A stretch of DNA of 63,063 bases, filler included, from Octopus bimaculoides (taxonomy: Eukaryota): the NCBI RefSeq assembly GCF_001194135.2. It is 9 parts of 9 records of this genome, joined end to end, with 100 filler letters (N's around TTAATTAATTAA, not from the genome) between each part and the next. Parts side by side here need not be neighbours in the genome. Positions count along the whole stretch, not along the records: positions 40,147 to 55,889 come from NC_068983.1; positions 55,990 to 60,634 come from NC_069001.1; positions 60,735 to 61,896 come from NW_026427756.1; positions 61,997 to 63,063 come from NW_026296728.1; 5 more parts are not named here. One strand, written 5' to 3'. This document shows, piece by piece, positions 52,535-63,063 of this stretch. A model generated the notes under the pieces. It had not been told where the DNA came from. It saw only the letters and a list, made by a program, of their open reading frames with translations, and did no database searches. How positions within the stretch are numbered: the stretch's first letter is position 1; each line of letters starts with the position of its first letter. A program made the position numbers and the translations under genes.

Positions 52535-52710
52535 AGGTGGTAGAGAAAAAAGCTATATGTCTCAAAAGCCTCTCCGATTTCAAGATTTAGAGGATTTTAC
52601 TGAAGAAAACATGGCTCAATAGCGCCTGAAATCTGTCAAAATGCTATTGGAAATTTTGATGGAGGATTACAAATATGCGTAGACAATAGTGGCTCATGTG
52701 CAGAGAAGTA
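52535..52710 (+). pseudogene. Possible Tc1/mariner transposase C-terminal remnant
   Basis: With one frameshift: KPLRFQDLEDFTEENMAQIAPEICQNAIGNFDGGLQICVDNSG, resembling the KP.TI.DL...I..I.PE.C...NF..R.Q.C....G tail. Confidence 0.45.
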
Positions 52711-53739
52711 TTAATTTTTCCCTTTACTTTGATTAATTTACAAAATACTTTCACCATAAATTTCTTTCTTTTTTCCTATTTCGATTTCAGATGTGGTAGT
52801 TACCTTCTTTAGACTCTAGGTATGTATAAGTGTATTATGTATGAATGCATGTATGTATGTGTGTATGTATATATGGATCTATCACCGTTTACATACACAC
52901 CAACTCACATGCATACACATGCACACACGCACACTCACACACATACACACATACACACATATTGTGCCTTGGGAGGTTCATTACTCCAATAAGGCTCAAG
53001 AGGATTTGTTTAATCAATGAACGAATTAAAATCAATTAACTTTCAAACTAGATACGTAAACAGCTAGGCGCAGCGTGATACCTTAAATGAAAAACTAAGT
53101 CGTCACTAAGTGTGACTGCTGAAACACCTACATTGCAAGAAATAATGATGTAGGAAGAGCGCATGTGTATAACATATATACAATATACATGCATATATAT
53201 ATATATATGTATATATATANNNNNNNNNNNNNNNNNNNNNNNNNNNNNNNNNNNNNNNNNNNNNNNNNNNNNNNNNNNNNNNNNNNNNNNNNNNNNNNNN
53301 NNNNNNNNNNNNNNNNNNNNNNNNNNNNNNNNNNNNNNNNNNNNNNNNNNNNNNNNNNNNNNNNNNNNNNNNNNNNNNNNNNNNNNNNNNNNNNNNNNNN
53401 NNNNNNNNNNNNNNNNNNNNNNNNNNNNNNNNNNNNNNNNNNNNNNNNNNNNNNNNNNNNNNNNNNNNNNNNNNNNNNNNNNNNNNNNNNNNNNNNNNNN
53501 NNNNNNNNNNNNNNNNNNNNNNNNNNNNNNNNNNNNNNNNNNNNNNNNNNNNNNNNNNNNNNNNNNNNNNNNNNNNNNNNNNNNNNNNNNNNNNNNNNNN
53601 NNNNNNNNNNNNNNNNNNNNNNNNNNNNNNNNNNNNNNNNNNNNNNNNNNNNNNNNNNNNNNNNNNNNNNNNNNNNNNNNNNNNNNNNNNNNNNNNNNNN
53701 NNNNNNNNNNNNNNNNNNNNNNNNTATATATATATATAT

Positions 53740-54545
53740 ATGTTATAGATGGTAAAAGTCCCATAAAATGTAGTGATATCCAACCGGTTTATGCTATCTG
53801 AATTAGCTTTTCAAGGGACATTGTAAATTAATCATTCCTTCTGACAAACGAATCACGCCATTTTGGATTTCTTGAAAAGTAAGAATGGAGAGAGTGGATA
53901 AAGGGAGGGAATAGGTGGCAAGGGAGACAACTACCTCCTCAGCATTATTGAATAGTGGTAAATAAATTTAACTTTCAGGCGTGGTCTGTACTTTTGTATG
54001 AACAGATTTTCCTTGTTTCGACGTTCTTGTAAGAAGACTGAATCTTTGCATTGGTATAATGGTAAAATATATCGAAAATTATTATTTTTTATTTCTTGCG
54101 CATCTCTCAATATGTTCACTCAGTAACTCAATATGTAGCCTGCATCTCAAAGTAAATCTCGCTTGGTCCACATAATAAAACACCGAATTTCCATATTTTT
54201 ACATTATACCAAAGCAAAGGTTCAATCTCCTTAAAGAACGCCTAAACACGGAAAACATGTTCATACAAAAGTACAGAGCTCACTTTAATATACAGAATTG
54301 ACCACCTGATCTCTACACATTCGTATTTCAAAATAAAATTTATTTACCACTATTCAATTATGCTGAGAAGGTAGTTGTCACCCTTGCTACCTACTATCTC
54401 CCGTTACTCACTCTCTGCATTCATTCTTACTTCTCAAGAAATCTAAAATGACGTAATTCGTTTGTATCAAGGAATGATTACGCCACAATGTCCCTTGATA
54501 TTATTACATGCTATGAGACTTTTGACATCCATAATATTTATATAT
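53740..54545. mobile_element. Two diverged PLE 3' ends in inverted (tails-out) arrangement, both ending in (TA)n
   Basis: 53740-54080 (-) aligns with 54185-54545 (+) at roughly 80% by eye. Both encode a GIY-YIG end (ERRNKENLFIQKYRPRL / ERLNTENMFIQKYRAHF). Confidence 0.8.
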
Positions 54546-54666
54546 ATTTTATTAAAAAAATATTAAAATTATGTGAAATGAAAGCATTTCTCTTCCCCTT
54601 TTTAAATGATTTCAACATATTTTCACTTGACACTATATATGTGTGTGTATGTGTAAGTATATATAC

Positions 54667-54758
<92 letters not shown>

Positions 54759-55559
54759 AACAATACCGCAATAGAGAGCATTAAAAGACTGATAGACGAC
54801 ACAAAGACGGACAGGAGAAACAAGAATTAGGAGAGACAAAAACATGGGTCATTCTTGGCTTTCTTTCTACAGCAATGTACCAGAAGTTACGCCCATTTTA
54901 TGTAGTTACACTTGAGATGATTATATCTGGTTGTACCAAAAAAAGTCTAAGCTAAGAGCATTAGACCCCTTTGTAAGAAAGCTAGCGAATTTGTACGGCA
55001 ACAAAGACAAACAAACAAACAAACAGAAAAACGGAGAACATGGTACAGATTTAGGAATACAAACAATAAGAAATAACAACAGGCGTCTTTCGAGTGAGAA
55101 CGATACAAATTGAGCTGGGGTGTATGGAGTGAAAGCCTAGAGGCTGGAACTTGGGAGAGGGACACAAGATGTGTTGACGGTCGGCAGTCAGGCAAAGAAA
55201 GGTCATGCCTGACTGGACACCGGTCACGCGGAAAACGGAGAAAAGGGTAGGGGACAGTAGGATTGAAGTATTAGAAAAATATCAGAGACAAAGGGAAAGG
55301 TGCAGGGAGATAAACGAGTGGGAAAACAGATTTTTTCCATATTCTAGCTCCGTTAAAATATTTGGGAAAAAAGTACTAATGTGTCCTACTTGTTAAAATT
55401 CCATTTATTAATTTGTGAAGGTGAAGAAGGGACTGCTTTTAAATTGGTGTAATGATTGTATTATTCAGTTAAATGTAGCCGCTTGAAATAGTCGTTCTGC
55501 ATCACTACTTGTTATCCTGTTGCTTATATATACATATATACATAAGGTTGAGGAGGGTA

Positions 55560-55889
55560 TTGGATTTAACCAAACCCCGGAGGATACAGGTAATACCGAG
55601 TAAGTGCTGTATACCGATTAGTTTGCCCCAGTCGTTGTATGAACAGGATTGGGTATTATAAGTCGTGTATTAGCGTGTGTATATGTAAATATATAAAAAC
55701 AAAAAGATAAAGAGAGCAAAGGTAAGGTTGAAGAATTTTATGGATAGAGACTTACAGCTGTTTCTGGGAAGATCCAGTACTTCCCTTCATCGGAGACAGA
55801 AAAAATAAAGTAATCTATTATTATATCCATAGGCGGATATTTTTAGTATGAAGTGGTAAGGAGTGTGATGTGCTGAAAAAAGAGAGAAC
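55560..55889 (-). mobile_element. PLE-like fragment with hammerhead variant at 55748-55797
   Basis: gtct-CCGATGA-A-GGGAAG tactggat CTTCCC-a-GAAA-CAGCTG-TA-agtc; palindromic ACAGCUGU helix III, U4C. Confidence 0.55.
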
Positions 55890-56476
55890 NNNNNNNNNNN
55901 NNNNNNNNNNNNNNNNNNNNNNNNNNNNNNNNNTTAATTAATTAANNNNNNNNNNNNNNNNNNNNNNNNNNNNNNNNNNNNNNNNNNNNTATATATACAT
56001 ATATATATATATATAAGTATATATATACATACACACACATATATACATATATGTGTGTATGCATGTGTGCGTACGTGTATGTGTGTATGTGTGCGTGTGT
56101 GTCAACAAGCATTTGTATTTGTGTGCAGATATTCTATCTGCCTGTAAATATGTATACAAGAGAGGGTGCATATATCTTTGCATCCGTATAGAATTATGAT
56201 TGCACAACAGATAGATACATTTATTGTATATAATTTCACTATTACGTACTTATATATATGGGCGTTTACATATATATAGATGTACATGCGTGTATCTACA
56301 TGCTTGTATGAACATACATACTCACACATATAAGTAGACGTGCAGGTATAAACACGGATATATACATGCAAATGCGTATATGGTAGTCGACTTTAATGAA
56401 ACTCTATCTGTGAATACGTGTGTATATGCATCGATTATTGCACCTTTTGGATGCACTATATTGGGTTTCAGTAAGT

Positions 56477-56558
<82 letters not shown>

Positions 56559-57608
56559 NNNNNNNNNNNNNNNNNNNNNNNNNNNNNNNNNNNNNNNNNN
56601 NNNNNNNNNNNNNNNNNNNNNNNNNNNNNNNNNNNNNNNNNNNNNNNNNNNNNNNNNNNNNNNNNNNNNNNNNNNNNNNNNNNNNNNNNNNNNNNNNNNN
56701 NNNNNNNNNNNNNNNNNNNNNNNNNNNNNNNNNNNNNNNNNNNNNNNNNNNNNNNNNNNNNNNNNNNNNNNNNNNNNNNNNNNNNNNNNNNNNNNNNNNN
56801 NNNNNNNNNNNNNNNNNNNNNNNNNNNNNNNNNNNNNNNNNNNNNNNNNNNNNNNNNNNNNNNNNNNNNNNNNNNNNNNNNNNNNNNNNNNNNNNNNNNN
56901 NNNNNNNNNNNNNNNNNNNNNNNNNNNNNNNNNNNNNNNNNNNNNNNNNNNNNNNNNNNNNNNNNNNNNNNNNNNNNNNNNNNNNNNNNNNNNNNNNNNN
57001 NNNNNNNNNNNNNNNNNNNNNNNNNNNNNNNNNNNNNNNNNNNNNNNNNNNNNNNNNNNNNNNNNNNNNNNNNNNNNNNNNNNNNNNNNNNNNNNNNNNN
57101 NNNNNNNNNNNNNNNNNNNNNNNNNNNNNNNNNNNNNNNNNNNNNNNNNNNNNNNNNNNNNNNNNNNNNNNNNNNNNNNNNNNNNNNNNNNNNNNNNNNN
57201 NNNNNNNNNNNNNNNNNNNNNNNNNNNNNNNNNNNNNNNNNNNNNNNNNNNNNNNNNNNNNNNNNNNNNNNNNNNNNNNNNNNNNNNNNNNNNNNNNNNN
57301 NNNNNNNNNNNNNNNNNNNNNNNNNNNNNNNNNNNNNNNNNNNNNNNNNNNNNNNNNNNNNNNNNNNNNNNNNNNNNNNNNNNNNNNNNNNNNNNNNNNN
57401 NNNNNNNNNNNNNNNNNNNNNNNNNNNNNNNNNNNNNNNNNNNNNNNNNNNNNNNNNNNNNNNNNNNNNNNNNNNNNNNNNCATCTACAACAGCGACATC
57501 GACACCAATAGTTGAAATTGCTGCAACTGCACTTATTATGTGCTGACTGCACAGGTGAAGTACACTTGAACTTCATAGAGTACACGTGAACAACACTAGC
57601 ACTATCAT

Positions 57609-57656
<48 letters not shown>

Positions 57657-58364
57657 CACTACCACCATCAGTACTAGCTACACATACCCGTTGAACTCCA
57701 GCAACACCTACAGCACCAGCAAAGACACCACCACCACCACCATGAGTAATTCAGCCGCTGCTACACACCTCTTTCATACCAGCATACCCCTGCACATACC
57801 CGTCACACAGCATTGCCAATAATGGTGGTGGTGGTGGTGGTGGTGACGGTGGTGGTGGAGGCGGTATTAGTGGCAATACCGCCTCCACCTATGACGCCGT
57901 TGCATCCATTGTTCTCTTTGTGGAAACAGCTTCCTCATCATTGTAGCCAGCGTCGTCGTTGCCGTCGCCATCNNNNNNNNNNNNNNNNNNNNNNNNNNNN
58001 NNNNNNNNNNNNNNNNNNNNNNNNNNNNNNNNNNNNNNNNNNNNNNNNNNNNNNNNNNNNNNNNNNNNNNNNGACTGTGGTTTAGGCAGTATGCTGAATA
58101 TATCTTTAAAATGCCCGAGGAATATCAATTGTATTCACAAAAGTGCATTTTGTCACCTCAGTGAGCTGTACCAATGTTACTCGCTGAATTATGCAACATC
58201 AAAACAAGTCATTGCTTCGATCGATGTCTGTCTCTTCATATGAATACACATACATACATACATACACACAAACACAGGAATATATATGTATATGTATATG
58301 TGTATGTGTATATCATTCTTTTATTGTTTTACTTGTTTCAGTCATTTGACTGCAACCATGTTGA

Positions 58365-58400
<36 letters not shown>

Positions 58401-59039
58401 NNNNNNNNNNNNNNNNNNNNNNNNNNNNNNNNNNNNNNNNNNNNNNNNNNNNNNNNNNNNNNNNNNNNNNNNNNNNNNNNNNNNNNNNNNNNNNNNNNNN
58501 NNNNNNNNNNNNNNNNNNNNNNNNNNNNNNNNNNNNNNNNNNNNNNNNNNNNNNNNNNNNNNNNNNNNNNNNNNNNNNNNNNNNNNNNNNNNNNNNNNNN
58601 NNNNNNNNNNNNNNNNNNNNNNNNNNNNNNNNNNNNNNNNNNNNNNNNNNNNNNNNNNNNNNNNNNNNNNNNNNNNNNNNNNNNNNNNNNNNNNNNNNNN
58701 NNNNNNNNNNNNNNNNNNNNNNNNNNNNNNNNNNNNNNNNNNNNNNNNNNNNNNNNNNNNNNNNNNNNNNNNNNNNNNNNNNNNNNNNNNNNNNNNNNNN
58801 NNNNNNNNNNNNNNNNNNNNNNNNNNNNNNNNNNNNNNNNNNNNNNNNNNNNNNNNNNNNNNNNNNNNNNNNNNNNNNNNNNNNNNNNNNNNNNNNNNNN
58901 NNNNNNNNNNNNNNNNNNNNNNNNNNNNNNNNNNNNNNNNNNNNNNNNNNNNNNNNNNNNNNNNNNNNNNNNNNNNNNNNNNNNNNNNNNNNNNNNNNNN
59001 NNNNNNNNNNNATTTTCTTTTCCGTTAAGGTATGATCAA

Positions 59040-59575
59040 CAAAAAGGATAAATATTGTTTTAATTCACACACTATATGTGCTACTAATAGTTTCATACAT
59101 AAAAGATATTATCTAGGCAGGTTTTAAAATACGCCTAGTAACTCCAAGTATTCTGAGCACATGACCTATACAAGTTACAAATCAGGACAATGAAAGAAGA
59201 GAAATCACAAAAAAAAAAGAAAAATGAGATGAAGGTTGGGTTCAAATAGGGGAATGGCGAAAGAATATTAAAAAAAAAACAGAAAAAAGAAAGAAAGAAA
59301 AGAAGTATTTGAGTTATGTCCCTTTGACCGTAGAGTCGTGAGGCTAGATGTTGTAGAATTCACCAAAAGAAACTTGTCCGTATGTTTGCATTTGCTGAAA
59401 CTTTCTGGTTTGGAATTCAACAGTGCGGTGTAATTCTTAGATCTGAAAAGGATATGCGATCTTTCAGCTACACATAAGTTGTGGTTTTGATCCATCAACA
59501 TATAAGATTTTGGTTTTTCTACGATTTCCCAACTGATTGTAGGTGGCATGGAGTTGGTCTTCAAACCTCATAAGT
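59040..59575 (-). mobile_element. Penelope-like element 3' fragment (GIY-YIG end plus degenerate hammerhead 59076-59162)
   Basis: ISWEIVEKPKSY..NLCVAERSHIL..LLNSKPESFSKCKHTDKFLLVN; ATGTGC(T)/(A)GCACAT stem and GAAACTATTAGTA retained, CUGANGA decayed. Confidence 0.75.
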
Positions 59576-59599
59576 AGCCAACTTAGTGGCTTACTGTAT

Positions 59600-60245
59600 G
59601 TGTGTGTGTCTTTTATCTTTTACCTGTTTCAGTCATTAGACTGTGGATTTGCTGAGTCACTGCCTTGAAGAATTTTAGACGAACGAATCGACCTCACTAC
59701 GGATTTCTTTTTAAGCCTGGTACTGACTCTGTCGGTCTTTTTTGTTAGGCCGCTAAGCTACAGGGACGTAAACATACCATCACCGATTGTAAAGTGCTGA
59801 TGAGGGAAAACTATGACACACGCATACACACACATACACACACACACTCACATGCACACATACATGTATATATACTACAGTTTTCTTTCAGTTTCTTATT
59901 TCTTTACTGCCCCCAAGGAGCTACACACAGAAGGGACAAACAAGGACAGGCAAACGGATTAAGTCGATTATATCGACCCCAGTGCGTAACTGGTACTTAT
60001 TTAATCGACCCTGAAAGGATGAAAGGCAAAGTCGACCTCGGCGGAATTTGAACTCAGAACGTAGCGGCAGACGAAATACCGCTAAGCATTTCGCCCGGCG
60101 TGCTAACGTTTCTGCCAGCTCGACGCCAACCAAATTCCCTCAAAAGGCTTTGGTCGACTTGAGACAATATTAGAAGATACTTGTCGAGGATGCCACGCAG
60201 TAGGAGATATGTGGTTTGGAAGCAAATCTCTTAACATACAGTCAA
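59600..60245 (-). mobile_element. SINE family A interrupted by a nested SINE C
   Basis: A tail 59600-59895 and A head 60128-60245 resume either side of the insert (ttctttcagtttc | aaccaaattccctcaaaaggctttggtc). Confidence 0.7.
59896..60127 (-). mobile_element. SINE family C, long form with LINE-like tail
   Basis: gagctggcagaaacgttagcacgccgggcg...tttgcctttcatcc...tttgtcccttctgtgtgtagctccttgggggcagtaaagaaataa. Confidence 0.88.
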
Positions 60246-61996
60246 GTACTATGATGCTGCTGCTACTGATGATGATGCCTGTTAACGACAGCGATGATGA
60301 TGATAATGAAGAGGGAAGAATCACTTATTGCTTGAATCTAAACTGAAGTTTGTCACTGAACATTGGTTTCTAAGTATTGGTTTCCTTTATTTCTCTAATT
60401 TTCTACTATTTTATGTTTCAACTGGTTTCAGTCATAGGATTGCGTCCTTGCTCAAGTACCTCACTGAACGGTTTGGGCGATAGAAACGACTCCAGTGCTT
60501 GTTTTAAGTCTGGGAGTTATTTTATTTATCGTTCTGTTTCTTTTGCCGAACTGCGCGGCTACAGGAGACGTAAACAAACCAACCCCAGTTGTAGAATAGT
60601 GTTAATCTAAATACAAGATATATATATATATATANNNNNNNNNNNNNNNNNNNNNNNNNNNNNNNNNNNNNNNNNNNNTTAATTAATTAANNNNNNNNNN
60701 NNNNNNNNNNNNNNNNNNNNNNNNNNNNNNNNNNGTATACGTGTATTTGTGTTCATGTATTTTGTGTGTGTGTGCGTGAGAGAGACAGAGGGAGAAACAG
60801 AGGGAGAAAGTGATAGAGAGGGAGAGAGAGTAGTCTATTAGTGTAAAAGTGGGAATATTTTCATATGCAGTGACATAAATCCAATGTCGGAAGCAAGCAC
60901 TTTCAATTATCTCAATGACATTGTTTTAAACACTTTTATAAGCGTCCTTGAAATATATATATATAAGTATTTCAACATTTTAAGGATTTCCTTATCACGT
61001 TTGGTTTTAGTGTGCCAGCCTTCCTTCAATCATGGCCGCAGTCAAATGACTGAAACAAATAAAAGAATAAAAGAATATATATATGTATATATATATGGTA
61101 AATGCAGACAAATATGATTCCTAGCTAGCAGATGTTCAGAAGTAATAGGTACTCAACGAGGAATACTCCGCTATCTACTCATCAGGCTGAAGATACCTTA
61201 ATTATATAACGTTTACATTATCGTTAAAGAATCCCAAGTTAGCTCATTTGAAATGAGCGGTGATGTCAATCAGTTTCGACGGTTCCCAAGTTTGTTTATA
61301 AAATCTGGTTACTTCAAAAAGCTATAATTTAACATTAAAATTGACGCTAATTGTTGTCAGCGGCCGTTTAGCTGAATGGTTAGAGTACTTGGGCATCCGT
61401 TGCAAAGGAATCTTGGAGGAAAATAGCTGTCCCATCTTAATTTCGGTCTGTGCGATCTGAATGGACGATAGTTATTTTCTTTTTTCACCTCGGTATCCAT
61501 GTCTCCAACATGCCGCTGAAGAAATGGCAGAAGTACAGCGGTAACAGTACTGCTTTGTCTTTAGTAATCACACTCATATTGACTCAAGGGTTCTCAACGG
61601 ACTCAATCCTCAACATATTATCTCAGACATTACTCTTACTGCCTCAAATATCACAGCATCAATAAATGAGAGCAAATACTATTCTAGTGTAGGCCATTCT
61701 ATTGTCCTGAATGTACATTCTTTAGACTCAGACTATATATCGAAACATTTCTTATCTCAATTTAACATGCCGATCTTCAAAAACTCACTCGTCAAAACTC
61801 ACTCGTCACCACATCAACAAAGTGTTTGGAAGAAAGAAAGAAAGAAAGACAGACAGACAGACAGACAGACAGACAGTACTTTTGAGGATGTAGCTANNNN
61901 NNNNNNNNNNNNNNNNNNNNNNNNNNNNNNNNNNNNNNNNTTAATTAATTAANNNNNNNNNNNNNNNNNNNNNNNNNNNNNNNNNNNNNNNNNNNN

Positions 61997-63063
61997 AACC
62001 GAAAAGGAATGTACCTTTTGCGGTGTTAAATCAAGTTGAGAAGAAACTAAAACGATTTTAAGACATGGAGATAATTGAAAAAAACAGACTACTCAGAGTG
62101 GGCGGCTCCTACTGCATATATAAAAAAGAAAAACAACAAAATAAGAGTATGTGCGGACTTCTCAACAGGTCTTAAAGATTGTTTAAAAATTACAACTATC
62201 CACTTCCAAGGCCAGAAGAAATATTTGCTAAGTGCAATGGGGGAAAAATGTTTTCCAAGCTGGATTTGTCAGAGGTCTACCTCCAATTATTGGTAGATGA
62301 NNNNNNNNNNNNNNNNNNNACAATTAATACTCATAAAGGTCTGTACCGTTTCAAAAGACTGCCATTTGGAGTTCAGGTCGCACCAGCAATTTTTCTGCAA
62401 TTGATGGACACTATGCTAGATGACTTTGAGTTTGTGGTCCCATAGTTGGATGGCATATTGATGAAACGTGAATCGAGGAAGCAGCATATTAAAAATATAA
62501 AAAAAGTTTTTAAAAGAATAAGCGATTGTGGATTTAAAGTAAGTGAAAATAAATGCAACATTTTTTTAACAAAATTAAAGTACTTGGGACAGTGATCGAT
62601 GAAAACGGACGAAAACCGGACCGTTGTATGGTCGACGCGATAAAGAATATGCCTGCTCCAACTAACAAAACAGCATTACAGGTATTTTTAGGTCTCGTAA
62701 GTTATTACTAGTTGTACATACCTAAAATCTATGAGCTAAGATCTCTGCTGAATAATTTGTTAAAGAAAGACACGAAATGGGACTGGACAAACGAATATCA
62801 TAAAGAATTCAAGGAATTAAACTAGTGGTCAACTCATTTCGACCCAAACCTGAAAACAATTGTGGCATCTGATGCCAGTAAATATGGTATAGGAGCTATG
62901 ATATTGCATAAATTTAATGATCGTAAAATCAAGGCTATTGCACATGCACGAAGAGTTCTCCTAGTAACAGAAAAAAAACTACAGCCAGATCGAAAAGGAG
63001 GCTTTATCATTAACATTTGCACTAAAAAAATTCCTACACGGTAGGAAGTTTACACTGCAGACT
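61997..63063 (+). pseudogene. Ty3/Gypsy LTR retrotransposon pol (RT-RNase H), disrupted, runs off window
   Basis: SEWAAP..KIRVCADFSTGL..YPLPRPEE..FSKLDLS..TINTHKGLYRFKRLPFG..VASDASKYGIGA. Catalytic YLDD replaced by *LDG at 62443-62454. Confidence 0.93.

Overview
Eukaryotic, AT-rich, repeat-saturated, gappy genomic DNA. The SINE families and microsatellite load look like an octopod cephalopod (Octopus-like), but that is from recall and unverified. No intact protein-coding gene can be supported. All recognisable coding remnants are decayed transposable elements: CR1-type, RTE, R4/Dong and L1/Tx1-type LINEs, Penelope-like elements (PLEs, GIY-YIG), a Helitron Pif1 helicase, mariner/Tc1 transposases and a Ty3/Gypsy RT-RNaseH. 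There are at least five tRNA- or LINE-tail-derived SINE families (labelled A-E here). The long ORFs in the supplied track are artefacts of N-runs or microsatellites. Eight identical 100-bp N44-TTAATTAATTAA-N44 linkers show the window is a concatenation of separately assembled pieces. The main unexplained signal is about 13 minimal type-I hammerhead-ribozyme-like motifs from several families. They include two core-intact, long-stem-II copies (31867-31954 +, 35656-35747 -), one inside a tRNA-headed SINE (23989-24218 -), fold-back inverted duplications whose breakpoints fall on ribozyme core junctions (31718-31992, 40834-41012), and copies with the core deleted. Folds were derived by eye and activity is untested. 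TE boundaries are approximate unless a TSD or motif is quoted.
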